Notes: a model not told the origin generated them from the sequence alone. Positions 51,546 through 62,896 are shown, counted from the first letter of the stretch. The stretch is DNA of 64,000 nucleotides from Propionibacteriales bacterium (GCA_038233355.1 JBBSMD010000001.1:1047-65046), one strand, 5' to 3'. Translations and numbers: made by a program.

Positions 51546-52163
51546 ATGGTCAACCTGACACGCATCTACACCCGGACCGGGGACGACGGTCGCACCCGGC
51601 TGGGCGACATGAGCGAGACCACCAAGACCGACCTGCGCCTGCTGGCATACGCCGACGTCGACGAGGCGAACTGTCAGATCGGCTACGCGCTGGCCGTCGG
51701 CGGCCTCGACGGCGACGTCGTGGACGTGCTCGCTCGGGTCCAGAACGACCTCTTCGACGTGGGGGCCGACCTGTGCACGCCGGTGGTGGCCGAGCCGGAG
51801 TTCCCGCCGCTACGCGTGCAGCAGGAGTACGTCGACCGCCTCGAGGGATGGTGCGACACCTACAACGAGCCGCTGGCGGCGCTGCGCTCGTTCATCCTGC
51901 CCGGGGGCTCGGTCGGATCGGCGGTGCTGCACGTGGCCCGCACCGTGACCCGCCGCGCCGAACGCTCTTCCTGGGCCGCCATAGCACAGCACGGCGACCA
52001 GATGAGCGTGCTGCCCGCGCGTTACCTGAACCGGCTCAGCGACCTGCTCTTCATCGTGGCCCGCTACGCCAACCGGGAGGCTGGCGACGTGCTCTGGCAG
52101 CCCGGGGCGGCGCAACGTGACCCCCAGCAGCACGACGACCCGGGCGCGGACGCTCAGCGGTAG
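51546..52163 (+). CDS. PduO-type ATP:cob(I)alamin adenosyltransferase
   Basis: 205 aa. IYTRTGDDGRTRLGD, NDLFDVGADL. Confidence 0.9.
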   Translation: MVNLTRIYTRTGDDGRTRLGDMSETTKTDLRLLAYADVDEANCQIGYALAVGGLDGDVVDVLARVQNDLFDVGADLCTPVVAEPEFPPLRVQQEYVDRLEGWCDTYNEPLAALRSFILPGGSVGSAVLHVARTVTRRAERSSWAAIAQHGDQMSVLPARYLNRLSDLLFIVARYANREAGDVLWQPGAAQRDPQQHDDPGADAQR

Positions 52164-52208
52164 TCGACACCCCGCCGAACGGTCGCCGCCGCCTTGCGGT
52201 CGGCACGC

Positions 52209-52673
52209 TCAGAGCACCTGGCTGCTGCCGCGCCCGGGTGGAGCCGCCTCGAGCCAGGCCATCATGGCGGTGAGGGCCGGTGGGCTGAGAGCCAGCTGCA
52301 CCGGTCCTCGCGGTGTGTGACACTCGGCCACCACGTGCCCGCTGATCAACGCATAGACCTCGCCGCCGCGCGCCTCGCGCTGCTCGTGCACCTGCAAGCC
52401 GCTGCGCTCGAGCACCCGCTTGGGACGAAACGACAGCGAGAACACCCGGAACCACTCGAGCCGGTCACCGTCGTAGCGGCCGATACCCAAGGTCCACCCC
52501 CGACCGCTGGACCCGGCCTGGCAGCGGTCGCAGACACCGAGCTCGAAGGTCGGCGCGCGGCGACCGAGCCACCAGCGGCGCGCGACCAGGGCCAGACCCA
52601 GCAGCGCGACGAGGCCGACCACGCCGGCCACGCCGGCCACGGAGTCGACGAGCACGACCTCCAGCTGGCTCAC
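52209..52673 (-). CDS. DUF2550-family membrane protein (conserved next to atpC in actinobacteria)
   Basis: 154 aa. N-terminal TM, then GIGRYDGDRLEWFRVFSLSFRPKRV. Confidence 0.7.
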   Translation of the reverse strand: MSQLEVVLVDSVAGVAGVVGLVALLGLALVARRWWLGRRAPTFELGVCDRCQAGSSGRGWTLGIGRYDGDRLEWFRVFSLSFRPKRVLERSGLQVHEQREARGGEVYALISGHVVAECHTPRGPVQLALSPPALTAMMAWLEAAPPGRGSSQVL

Positions 52674-52724
52674 GTGGCTCCTCCGCCTCCTCCGCCGGAC
52701 CCGGCCGACGGCGGTCGGGACCGG

Positions 52725-53117
52725 TCAGCGGGCGCGCTCGGCGGCTCGCACCTGGCCCTGGGCGCGGCGTAGCCGGGCGGCGGCCTCCTCGTCGTCGGCG
52801 CCGGCGGTGTGGGCCTGCTCGAGGTCGCGCTTGGCCTGCTCGAGGTCGATGTCGTGGGCCATGGTCGCCTCGTCGGCGAGAATCGATATCCGGTTGTTGG
52901 CCACCGAGATGAAGCCGGCATCGACCGCCGCGACCCAGGTCTCGGACTCGACGGTGTCGACCACGACCGCACCCTCGCCGAGCACCGCGAGCATCGGCTG
53001 GTGCCCGGCCAGCACACCGACATCACCCTCGGTGGTCCGGGCGACGACCTGGGTTGCCTCGCCCGACCAGACCACGCGGTCGGCGGAGACCAGCTCGACG
53101 TGCATCGGCTCGGCCAC
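52725..53117 (-). CDS. atpC: F1 ATP synthase epsilon subunit
   Basis: 130 aa. HVELVSADRVVWSGEA. GTG start after AGGAG. Confidence 0.9.
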   Translation of the reverse strand: MAEPMHVELVSADRVVWSGEATQVVARTTEGDVGVLAGHQPMLAVLGEGAVVVDTVESETWVAAVDAGFISVANNRISILADEATMAHDIDLEQAKRDLEQAHTAGADDEEAAARLRRAQGQVRAAERAR

Positions 53118-53150
53118 GGTGCTGCTCCTGCTCGACTCGGAAACGGATGG

Positions 53151-54617
<1,467 letters not shown>

Positions 54618-55532
54618 TCACTCACTCCCGGCTTGTGCGTCGGCGAGGGCATTGGCCCCGCCGACGATCTCGCTGATCTCTTGGGTGATCCCGGCCTGGC
54701 GCGCCTGGTTGGCGACCCGGGTGTAGCGCTCGATGAGGTCCTCGGCGTTGTCGGTCGCGGACTTCATCGCCCGCTGGCGAGCGGCGAGCTCGGAGGCGGC
54801 CGCCTGCAGCAGGCAGAAGTAGATGCGGCTCGTGACGTAACGCGGCAGCAGCGCATCGAGCACCTCCTCCGCGGAGGGCTCGAACTCGTAGAGGGGAAGC
54901 ACCTCGTCCGGTGGCGGGCGCTCCTCGCCCTCCACGACTTCCAGCGGCAGCAGCCGGATGACGTCGGGCTCTTGCACCAGCATCGACCGGAAGCGGGTGA
55001 ACACCACGTGCACCTCGTCGACGCAGCCCTCGGCGTCGGCGTCGGCGTTGAACGCCTCGACGAGGGCCTCGCCGATCTCCCGCGCGTCGGCCGGCGACGG
55101 GCTGTCGGAGGCCCCGGACCAGCGCTGGGTGATGTCCCGCTCCCGGAAGGTGTAGTAGGTGATGCCCTTGCGCCCGCTCACGTAGAGCGCCACCTGCTTG
55201 CCCTCGTTGCGCAGCTTCTCCGCGAGCCGCTCGGCCTCCTTCAGCACCGCCGAGGAGTAGGCCCCGGCCAACCCACGGTCGGAGGTGATCACGAGCATCG
55301 CGGCTCGTTTGGGATCGTCCTTCTCCGTGGTCAGCGGGTGGTCGACGTTGGAGAAGGTCGCCACGGCCGAGACCGCCCGAGTCAGCTCGCGGGCGTACGG
55401 CGTGGCCGCGGCCGCCCGCTGCTGTGCCTTGATGATGCGCGAGGCGGCGATGAGCTCCATCGCCCGGGTGATCTTCTTGGTGGCCTCGGTCGACCGGATC
55501 TTGGCGCGCAGCTGGCGCAAGGATGCGGCCAT
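54618..55532 (-). CDS. atpG: F1 ATP synthase gamma subunit
   Basis: 304 aa. [32 protein letters not shown]. Confidence 0.95.
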   Translation of the reverse strand: MAASLRQLRAKIRSTEATKKITRAMELIAASRIIKAQQRAAAATPYARELTRAVSAVATFSNVDHPLTTEKDDPKRAAMLVITSDRGLAGAYSSAVLKEAERLAEKLRNEGKQVALYVSGRKGITYYTFRERDITQRWSGASDSPSPADAREIGEALVEAFNADADAEGCVDEVHVVFTRFRSMLVQEPDVIRLLPLEVVEGEERPPPDEVLPLYEFEPSAEEVLDALLPRYVTSRIYFCLLQAAASELAARQRAMKSATDNAEDLIERYTRVANQARQAGITQEISEIVGGANALADAQAGSE

Positions 55533-55534
55533 GC

Positions 55535-57175
55535 TCAGCCCCGCTTCTGCTTGACGATCTGCTCCTGCTCCACGTCCTCGTCCTCCAGTGCTTCGTGCTC
55601 CTCGTGGCCGGCCCGGATGGAGCCACCCTCGGAGGTCTCGAACTCTCCCGCGAAGGTGTCGAAGGCACGAGCCGTCGACTCCTCGGTGTCGTCCTCGAAC
55701 TGCCCGGACTCACGGATGGTGTCCAGGATGCCGCCCTCGGAGCGCTTGAGGTAGTCCAGGAACTCGCTCTCGAACCGGCGGACGTCCTCGGTCGGCACGG
55801 CGTCGAGGCGTCCGGAGGTGCCCATCCAGATGGAGACCACCTGGTCCTCCACCGGGTACGGCGCGTACTGACCCTGCTTGAACAGCTCCATCAGCCGTTC
55901 GCCGCGCGCCAGCTGCTGGCGCGAGGCGGCGTCGAGGTCGGAGGCGAACATCGCGAACGCCTCCATCGCCCGGAACTGGGCGAGGTCGATTTTGAGCGAC
56001 CCGGTGACCTTCTTCATCGACTTCTGCATCGCCGCGCCACCGACGCGCGACACCGAGATGCCGACGTCGACGGCCGGGCGCTGGTTGGCGTTGAACAGAT
56101 CGGACTGGAGGAAGATCTGCCCGTCGGTAATCGAGATCGCGTTGGTGGGGATGAAGGCCGACACGTCGTTGGCCTTGGTCTCGATGATCGGCAACCCGGT
56201 CATCGAGCCGGCACCCATGTCGTCGGAGAGCTTCGCACAGCGCTCGAGCAGCCGGCTGTGCAGGTAGAACACGTCGCCGGGATAGGCCTCGCGCCCCGGC
56301 GGGCGGCGCAGCAGCAACGAGACGGCCCGGTAGGCCTCGGCCTGCTTGGACAGGTCGTCGAAGACGATGAGCACGTGCTTGCCGTCGTACATCCAGTGCT
56401 GGCCGATGGCCGAGCCGGTGTAGGGGGCGAGGTACTTGAAACCGGCCGAGTCGGAGGCCGGCGAGGCGACGATGGTGGTGTACTCCTGCGCACCGGCCTC
56501 CTCGAAGGCGGCGCGGACGGCCGCGATCGTGGACCCCTTCTGCCCGATCGCCACGTAGACGCAGCGCACCTGCTGCTGCGGGTCGCCGGACTCCCAGGCC
56601 TGGCGCTGGTTGATGATCGTGTCGATGGCGATGGCGCTCTTACCGGTCTGGCGGTCGCCGATGATCAGCTGGCGCTGCCCCCGCCCGATCGGTGTCATCG
56701 AGTCGATGGCCTTGATGCCGGTCATCAGCGGCTCGTGCACCGACTGGCGCTGCACCACCGAGGGCGCCTGCAGCTCGAGGGCGCGACGCTCGCTGGTCTC
56801 GACGTCCCCGAGCCCGTCGATCGGCTCGCCCAGGGGGTCGACGACGCGCCCCAGGTAGGCGTCACCCACCGGCACCGAGAGCACCTCACCGGTACGGCGG
56901 ACCTGCTGGCCCTCCTCGATCCCGGCGAAGTCGCCGAGGATGACGACACCGATCTCGCGGACGTCGAGGTTGAGCGCCAGGCCGAGGGTCCCGTCCTCGA
57001 ACTCGAGCAGCTCGTTGGCCATGGCCGACGGCAGGCCCTCGACTCGGGCGATGCCGTCGCCTGCCTCGGAGACGATGCCGACCTCTTCCCGGTCGACGGT
57101 GTCCGGCTCGTAGTCGGTGACGAAACGCTGGAGCGCGTCTCGGATCTCCTCCGGACGGATCGTGAGCTCCGCCAT
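55535..57175 (-). CDS. atpA: F1 ATP synthase alpha subunit
   Basis: Walker A GDRQTGKS. Start moved from 57232 to ATG at 57175 ([15 protein letters not shown]). Confidence 0.96.
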   Translation of the reverse strand: MAELTIRPEEIRDALQRFVTDYEPDTVDREEVGIVSEAGDGIARVEGLPSAMANELLEFEDGTLGLALNLDVREIGVVILGDFAGIEEGQQVRRTGEVLSVPVGDAYLGRVVDPLGEPIDGLGDVETSERRALELQAPSVVQRQSVHEPLMTGIKAIDSMTPIGRGQRQLIIGDRQTGKSAIAIDTIINQRQAWESGDPQQQVRCVYVAIGQKGSTIAAVRAAFEEAGAQEYTTIVASPASDSAGFKYLAPYTGSAIGQHWMYDGKHVLIVFDDLSKQAEAYRAVSLLLRRPPGREAYPGDVFYLHSRLLERCAKLSDDMGAGSMTGLPIIETKANDVSAFIPTNAISITDGQIFLQSDLFNANQRPAVDVGISVSRVGGAAMQKSMKKVTGSLKIDLAQFRAMEAFAMFASDLDAASRQQLARGERLMELFKQGQYAPYPVEDQVVSIWMGTSGRLDAVPTEDVRRFESEFLDYLKRSEGGILDTIRESGQFEDDTEESTARAFDTFAGEFETSEGGSIRAGHEEHEALEDEDVEQEQIVKQKRG

Positions 57176-57276
57176 GTCTGTCCCTGCTTCCCAGTCGTCG
57201 TGCCGGTGGTCTACCGGTGCTGCTGCGGCCACCGTGGTACGGGCGGCCCCTGTTCGGGGTGGTGTTCGTCATTCTC

Positions 57277-57325
57277 GTGCGGTCACTCGGTCGTGCGGGT
57301 CAGTCGGTCGTGCGGTCAGTCGGTC
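57277..57325. repeat. 16/17-bp tandem repeat x3 spanning the atpH stop codon
   Basis: gtgcggtcactcggtc, gtgcgggtcagtcggtc, gtgcggtcagtcggtc. Each unit carries a minus-strand TGA. The third unit contains the real atpH stop (57316-57318). Confidence 0.9.
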
Positions 57326-58173
57326 AAGCGGCGCCGGGCGTCTTGCAGGCGGCCGGAGACGGTGCCGTCGATGAGGTCGTCACCCACCTGCACCGCCAGA
57401 CCGCCCATGACGTTGGGGTCGACGACGACGTTGAGGTGCAGCTCTCGGCCGTAGTGGCGGCCGAGAGCCTGCGCCAGCCGGCGTCGTTCGTCGTCGGTCA
57501 GCTCGACCGCAGAGGTCACCGTGGCCACCAGTCGCTCGCGGCGCTGGGCGGCGAGCTGGCCCATGTCGTCCATGGTGGTCTCGAACGAGCCGTGCCGGGC
57601 GCCGGCCGCCTGCCGGGCCAGGGCCACCGTGGCGACCTGTGCCCGACCCTCCAGCAGCTCGCCGACGAGCTGGCGTCGCTGCTCGATCGGCAGCGACCGG
57701 TTGCCCACCGCCGCGCGCAGCTCGGGATCGCCGTGCACGACGCGGCCGAAGCGGAACAGCTCGTCCTCCACCTCGTCGAGCTGGCCCTCCTGCTCGGCGG
57801 CGGCCAGGTGGGCGGTCACACCGGCGCGTTCCAACGCGTCGGACAGGTCACGAGTCGACTGCCAGCGCAACGTGGCCGCCTCGGCCAGTGTCTCGACTGC
57901 CGGCTCGCTCACCTTGGCACCCCCCCCACGGCTGAGCATGCTGCGGATCCGTCCCTTGCCACCGGAGCCGAAGAGCTGGTCGACCATGCCGCGCTTGGCC
58001 TCCGCCGGAGCCCCCGGGTCGGTCAGCAGCCGTCGTAGCACCGGCTGGGCATCGAGCACTCCGACGACGGCGAACAGCTCGTCACCCACCGTCGGGCCGT
58101 CGGCACCGCCGTCGACGAGCTGGTCGACCTTGTCGAGCACGCTCTGCTGAGAGCGGGCGGAGGCGCCTCTCAC
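57316..58173 (-). CDS. atpH: F1 ATP synthase delta subunit
   Basis: 285 aa. OSCP-like C-terminus VVDPNVMGGLAVQVGDDLIDGTV. GTGA overlap with the atpF stop. Confidence 0.88.
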   Translation of the reverse strand: MRGASARSQQSVLDKVDQLVDGGADGPTVGDELFAVVGVLDAQPVLRRLLTDPGAPAEAKRGMVDQLFGSGGKGRIRSMLSRGGGAKVSEPAVETLAEAATLRWQSTRDLSDALERAGVTAHLAAAEQEGQLDEVEDELFRFGRVVHGDPELRAAVGNRSLPIEQRRQLVGELLEGRAQVATVALARQAAGARHGSFETTMDDMGQLAAQRRERLVATVTSAVELTDDERRRLAQALGRHYGRELHLNVVVDPNVMGGLAVQVGDDLIDGTVSGRLQDARRRLTD

Positions 58174-58814
58174 CGGTCCGCCTGGTCCAAGGCCGTGGCC
58201 CCCCCGCCCGGACCGGGAGCGACCGCGCCGTCGGCCTGCTGGTCCTGCGCCTCCGCGTCCTGGGGCGCCGACCGGTCCTCCTGCTCGCCGTCTTGCCGCT
58301 CGAGCTCGTCGAGGAAGCGGTCGACCGTGCGCCGCTGGCGGGCCTCGTCCTCGAGCGACTCACCGACGATCCGGCTGGCCAGCGTGGTCGCCAGGCCGCC
58401 GACCTCGGTACGCAGCTGCTGCAGCACCTGCAGCCGCTCGGCCTCGACCTGGGAGTGGGCGGCGGTGGTGATGCGCGAGCTCTCGGCCTGCGCCTGCTGG
58501 CGCATCTCGGCCACGATCTGCGCGCCCTGTTCGCGGGCCTCCTCCCGGATGCGGGCCGACTCGTGCCGGGCCTCGGCCAGCTGGGCGCGGTAGTGCTCGA
58601 GCGCCGCCTTGGCCTCGGCCTGCGCCTCGCGAGCCTCGGCCATGCCACCCTCGATGGCTTGTGTCCGCTCGGCGTAGACGCGCTCGAAGCTGGGCACCAC
58701 GTACTTGTTCACCAGCCACACCAGGAGCAGGAAGACGATGACGGACAGCACGATCTCCGCGAGGTGCGGCAGCAGCGGGTTGGGCTCTTCTGCCGCCAGG
58801 AGTGCGTTGCGCAT
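58170..58814 (-). CDS. atpF: Fo ATP synthase b subunit
   Basis: 214 aa. One TM, a long charged helix, then an acidic C-terminal extension. Confidence 0.88.
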   Translation of the reverse strand: MRNALLAAEEPNPLLPHLAEIVLSVIVFLLLVWLVNKYVVPSFERVYAERTQAIEGGMAEAREAQAEAKAALEHYRAQLAEARHESARIREEAREQGAQIVAEMRQQAQAESSRITTAAHSQVEAERLQVLQQLRTEVGGLATTLASRIVGESLEDEARQRRTVDRFLDELERQDGEQEDRSAPQDAEAQDQQADGAVAPGPGGGATALDQADR

Positions 58815-58842
58815 GTGAGGACCTTCGTCCGGTGAGTTCGGG

Positions 58843-59046
58843 TCAGAGGACGAAGGCGAGCGCGATCCCGATGATCGCGAGCGCCTCGGCGAGCGCGAAG
58901 CCCAAGATGGCGATGGTCTGCAGCCGGCCCTGCGCCTCCGGCTGGCGGGCGACGCCGTTGATGTAGGCGGCGAAGATGAGGCCGATGCCCACGCCCGGGC
59001 CGATGGCCGCGAGGCCGTAGCCGACCATGTTGAGCGAGCCGTCCAT
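58843..59046 (-). CDS. atpE: Fo ATP synthase c subunit
   Basis: 67 aa helical hairpin. GVARQPE loop and the carboxylate in LAEALAI. Confidence 0.93.
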   Translation of the reverse strand: MDGSLNMVGYGLAAIGPGVGIGLIFAAYINGVARQPEAQGRLQTIAILGFALAEALAIIGIALAFVL

Positions 59047-59080
59047 TGGTGTTCCTTTCGGTTGGTCCCGGTGCCCGGGA

Positions 59081-59872
59081 TCAGTGCTCCTCGGCGAGGG
59101 CCTCGGATACGTACATGGCGGTCAGGAGGGTGAAGACGTAGGCCTGGAGGAACTGCACCAGGATCTCGAGGAAGCCGATGGCGATGCCGAGCAGGAACGA
59201 CACCACTCCGACCGGGGCGTAGAACAGGTTGCCGGACTCGAACAGCAGGTACTCACCGCCGAGGGAGAACAAGATCAGCAGCAGGTGACCGGCGAACATG
59301 TTGGCGAAGAGCCGCAGGGCCAGCGTGAACGGGCGTACCACGATGTTGGAGATGAACTCCAGTGGCACGATCAGTCCCAGGATCGGCCCCTCGATGCCGC
59401 TCGGGACCGACATGTGCTTGTAGAAGCCGAAGAATCCGTGCCGCGCGATGCCGGACCCGTTGTAGAGCAGCCAGGTCAGCCCGGCCAGCCCGTACACGAA
59501 CCCAGCTCGCGAGAACGTCGGGAACTGGATGAACGGGATGATGCCGAAGAGGTTGTTGAGCAGGACGAAGAAGAACAGCGCGACCAGGTACGGCACGTAG
59601 CGCATGTAGTCGCGCGAGCCGATGATGTCGCGGGCAATGCCGTTGCGCACGAAACCGTAGGCCTGCTCGCCGGCGAACTGCAGCCGTCCTGGCACCATCG
59701 CCCGTTCGCGGGAGGCGAGCACGAAGAAGCCGAGCACCAGCGCCGCGGACAACACCAGCAGGACCATCGGCTTGGTGACACCGAGCAGGATCGCCGGCAG
59801 CTCGAAGTCGCCCGGACCCGGGGGCTCGAAGCCCTCTTCGGCGGCCGCGACAGCCAGGGCAGCGATGCTCAC
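59081..59872 (-). CDS. atpB: Fo ATP synthase a subunit
   Basis: [13 protein letters not shown] (essential Arg). Start moved from 60001 to GTG at 59872. Confidence 0.88.
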   Translation of the reverse strand: MSIAALAVAAAEEGFEPPGPGDFELPAILLGVTKPMVLLVLSAALVLGFFVLASRERAMVPGRLQFAGEQAYGFVRNGIARDIIGSRDYMRYVPYLVALFFFVLLNNLFGIIPFIQFPTFSRAGFVYGLAGLTWLLYNGSGIARHGFFGFYKHMSVPSGIEGPILGLIVPLEFISNIVVRPFTLALRLFANMFAGHLLLILFSLGGEYLLFESGNLFYAPVGVVSFLLGIAIGFLEILVQFLQAYVFTLLTAMYVSEALAEEH

Positions 59873-59951
59873 GCGGTCTCCTCGTCGTCGGTGGCGGGCG
59901 GCGGGGCAGGGCGGGTGGTGCGGGTGGCGCGTGCGGGTGCAGCGCCGGTGC

Positions 59952-60194
59952 TCACCGCGCCCGAAGCGCGTTGAACGTGACGTACAGCGCGAGCCCGACA
60001 CCGAACAGGACGCCGATCGGCGTCATGACCTCGGTGCCCCACCAACGGTCGAGCAACCACCCGAGCAGACCGTAGACGAGTGCTCCCCCACCCAGCCGGC
60101 TCGCTGCCGCCCACGGGTCGAGCGACCGGCTCGTGACCGGACGCTCGGTGGACGCACTTGACGACCCGGTCGGTGAGACGCGGTGCTGGCTCAT
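59952..60194 (-). CDS. AtpZ/AtpI-family small membrane protein
   Basis: 80 aa. Two TM helices: LVYGLLGWLLDRWWGT..IGVLFGVGLALYVTF. Confidence 0.6.
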   Translation of the reverse strand: MSQHRVSPTGSSSASTERPVTSRSLDPWAAASRLGGGALVYGLLGWLLDRWWGTEVMTPIGVLFGVGLALYVTFNALRAR

Positions 60195-60225
60195 TGCGGT
60201 CCGGAGCGTAGCAGTGCTCTGCGAC

Positions 60226-60272
60226 GCAGGTCACCCCGGTGACCGCCGGGTGCGCGAGCGGTTCGCGAACCG
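60226..60272. other. two perfect palindromes in the spacer between the two atpI-like genes
   Basis: ggtcacc cc ggtgacc (60226-60241) and cggttcgcgaaccg (60259-60272). Confidence 0.8.
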
Positions 60273-60309
60273 TTCCGGGGTCGTCTGGCGGGTCCTGTGG
60301 CGCATCACC

Positions 60310-60765
60310 TCACGACCGCCGCTCCAGGTCGTAGACGGGTTGGCGGTGCCGGGTGACGGCAACCACCTCGACCACCGACCAGACCAGCGTGGCGGCGACG
60401 ACGGTCAGGCCGAGCGACGCTCGGTCGAGCGGGCCGTCAGCATCGACCGCGCCGACGGCGCCCAGCAGGCCGAGCACGACGAGCAGGGCGCCCAGCTTCG
60501 CGACGTACAGCGCCAGGGCGATGAGCAGGGTGAGCGTCGGATCGAGATCTCGCGTGCGGTCGAGCACGAGCAGGCTGGCGGCGAAGGACGCGGCCACGAG
60601 CACGGACCCGACCAGCGCTCCCGCCGCCCCGGTCGACCCGGCGTACAGGTAACCCGCGCTGGCGGCGAGGGCGGCGACGACGCCGTTGGCGGCGAGACCT
60701 GCCCGCAGCATCGCCGTCGCCGCGGTGCGCGGCGGCGTGCTCGGGGTGCGGGGGGCGGTCGTCAT
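60310..60765 (-). CDS. ATP synthase protein I-like integral membrane protein (Rv1303 position)
   Basis: 151 aa, about four hydrophobic helices. First gene of the atp cluster. Confidence 0.65.
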   Translation of the reverse strand: MTTAPRTPSTPPRTAATAMLRAGLAANGVVAALAASAGYLYAGSTGAAGALVGSVLVAASFAASLLVLDRTRDLDPTLTLLIALALYVAKLGALLVVLGLLGAVGAVDADGPLDRASLGLTVVAATLVWSVVEVVAVTRHRQPVYDLERRS

Positions 60766-60919
60766 GTCGGCGGCCGTTCGTCAGGGGTGCGCTGCCTCGG
60801 TCGAGCCGGGAGCTCGACTGGCTCGCTTGTGAAAATTAGCACAAGCACCGCCCCGGCGGCTACCTGGCGGATGGGACGCCGGTCCGGGGTTCGCAGCGGC
60901 GGTTTCGTATGTCGGTCGG

Positions 60920-62038
60920 TCAGACGGTGGGGCGGCCGACTCGCGGGAGGACGACAGCCGTGGCGAGGGTGAGGACCGCGGCCACGCCGACGGCGACGAC
61001 CACCTGCCACCCGCTGAACAGGCTGAGCGCGACCGTACCGAAGGCGATGAGCCCGGCGAGCAGGTACATCACCAGCACGGCCCGCCGGTGCGAGTGGCCG
61101 ATCTCGAGCAGCCGGTGGTGCAGGTGCTGCTTGTCGGGGCTGAACGGCGACCGACCGGCCCGGGTGCGCCGGATCACCGCCAGCGCCAGGTCCGCGAACG
61201 GCACCAGCAGCATGGCCACCGGCAGCACGAGCGGTAGCAGCGTCGGCGAGAGGCTCGCCGCCCCGGAGATGCCCTCGATCGGCTCGGCGCTGGCGGTGAA
61301 CTGACCGGTCAGCGTGATGGCGGACCCGGCCAGCACGAGACCGATCAACATGGAGCCGGAATCCCCCATGAACATGCGGGCGGGGTAGAAGTTGTGCGGC
61401 AGGAAGCCGATGCAGGCTCCGGCCAGCGCCGCGGTCAGCAATGCGGCCGGTGTGGCCACGGTCTGGCTGTTCTGCCCGGCCAGCGCGTAGGCGAAGGCGA
61501 AGAAGGCCACGGCACCGATGCACACGACCCCCGCGGCCAGGCCGTCCAGGCCGTCGACGAAGTTGACCGCGTTGACGGTGCCGACGATGAGTAGCACCGA
61601 CACCACGGCGGCCTGCAAGGGGTCGATGACGTTGACCTCGTCGGCCAACGGCAGGTAATAGAACTGAACGCCGAGCGCGACCACCACGGCCGCCGCACCC
61701 ACTTGGCCGACGAACTTGGTCAGCGCGTCGAGCTCCCAGATGTCGTCCACGACCCCGACCAGGCAGATGGCGGTGCCGCCGACGAGCACCGCCGCGGCAT
61801 CAGCGACCAGCGAGTCGTCGGTGGTGGACAAGAACGGCAGGTGCAGCGCGGTCACGTACGCCGCCCACAGCCCGGCGAGCATGGCCAGGCCGCCGAAGTA
61901 CGGGATCGGTGTCGCGTGCACGTCTCGGTCGCGCACTCCCGCGACGGCGTTCGCGCGTTGCGCGAGCACCCGCGCCGGGATCGCCAACAGGTACGTCACG
62001 GCGGCCGACACCGCAAACAGGACGAGGTACTCGCGCAC
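60920..62038 (-). CDS. wecA: UDP-GlcNAc:undecaprenyl-phosphate GlcNAc-1-phosphate transferase (MraY/WecA family)
   Basis: VDDIWELDA, NAVNFVDGLDGLA, PARMFMGDSGS. Start moved from 62230 to GTG at 62038, 1 nt after the tsaC stop. Confidence 0.88.
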   Translation of the reverse strand: MREYLVLFAVSAAVTYLLAIPARVLAQRANAVAGVRDRDVHATPIPYFGGLAMLAGLWAAYVTALHLPFLSTTDDSLVADAAAVLVGGTAICLVGVVDDIWELDALTKFVGQVGAAAVVVALGVQFYYLPLADEVNVIDPLQAAVVSVLLIVGTVNAVNFVDGLDGLAAGVVCIGAVAFFAFAYALAGQNSQTVATPAALLTAALAGACIGFLPHNFYPARMFMGDSGSMLIGLVLAGSAITLTGQFTASAEPIEGISGAASLSPTLLPLVLPVAMLLVPFADLALAVIRRTRAGRSPFSPDKQHLHHRLLEIGHSHRRAVLVMYLLAGLIAFGTVALSLFSGWQVVVAVGVAAVLTLATAVVLPRVGRPTV

Positions 62039-62039
62039 G

Positions 62040-62708
62040 TCAGCCGGTCGCCTCGTCGAGCGGCTCGATGCCCGGGTGGAACTCTCGCAGCCGGTCCAGC
62101 GGCACCCCACCCTCGCGCAAGAGCCGGCCGGTGGGCCCGGTGACGTCCACGATGGTGGAGGCCACACCGGCGGGGCTCGGGCCACCGTCGAGGTAGACCG
62201 CCACCGACTCCGCCAGCATCTCCTGTGCATCCGTGACGACCGTGGCCGCTGGTTCGCCGCTGCGGTTGGCGCTGCTGACGGCCAGCGGACCCACCGCTCG
62301 CACGAGCCGCAGGACCGGCTCGCAGTCGGGCATGCGGATCGCCACGGTCGAGCGGTTGTCGCCCAGATCCCAGGTGAGCGACGGCTGCTGGCGGCACACC
62401 AGCGTCAGCGGGCCCGGCCACAGCTCGGCGACGATCTCTCGGGCGTACGACGGCACGTTGGTGGCCACCGCGTCGAGTGTCGTCACCGCGGAGATGAGCA
62501 CCGGAGGTGGCATGTCGCGGCCCCGGTTCTTCGCCCTCAGCAGGCGCCGCACCGCGGCGGCGTCGAACGCGTCGGCCGCCACGCCGTACACGGTGTCGGT
62601 GGGAACGACGACGAGGCGTCCGGCACGCAGCGCCGTGGTCGCCGCCTCGATGCCCCGAGCCAGGTCGTCCTCGTCGTCACAGGAGAAGCGCTGGCTCACG
62701 GCGCCCAT
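62040..62708 (-). CDS. tsaC: L-threonylcarbamoyladenylate synthase (Sua5/YwlC/TsaC family)
   Basis: 222 aa. VVVPTDTVYGVAADA, SSANRSGEP. Confidence 0.88.
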   Translation of the reverse strand: MGAVSQRFSCDDEDDLARGIEAATTALRAGRLVVVPTDTVYGVAADAFDAAAVRRLLRAKNRGRDMPPPVLISAVTTLDAVATNVPSYAREIVAELWPGPLTLVCRQQPSLTWDLGDNRSTVAIRMPDCEPVLRLVRAVGPLAVSSANRSGEPAATVVTDAQEMLAESVAVYLDGGPSPAGVASTIVDVTGPTGRLLREGGVPLDRLREFHPGIEPLDEATG

Positions 62709-62896
62709 GGTGCCATCGCGGCGGGTGCTGGTCGGTGGAGTGCCGCCCGCGCGTTGCCCGCCTCTCGCTACCGCCGCTGACGCCGTCTGCCGTGGGGCCA
62801 GGTGCCTTTGCGAGGCGAATAGCCCACATCACCTCACGTCAGCCAACCAAGGGGGCAGACGCGCGAGCCCGGCGGAGGCGGATCGCCCCGCGAGGG

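Noticed and set aside
60259-60272. LexA/SOS box at the palindrome CGGTTCGCGAACCG.
   Set aside because: The actinobacterial SOS box is GAAC-N4-GTTC. Here the half-sites are in the opposite order with a 2-nt spacer, and the location is inside the atp cluster.
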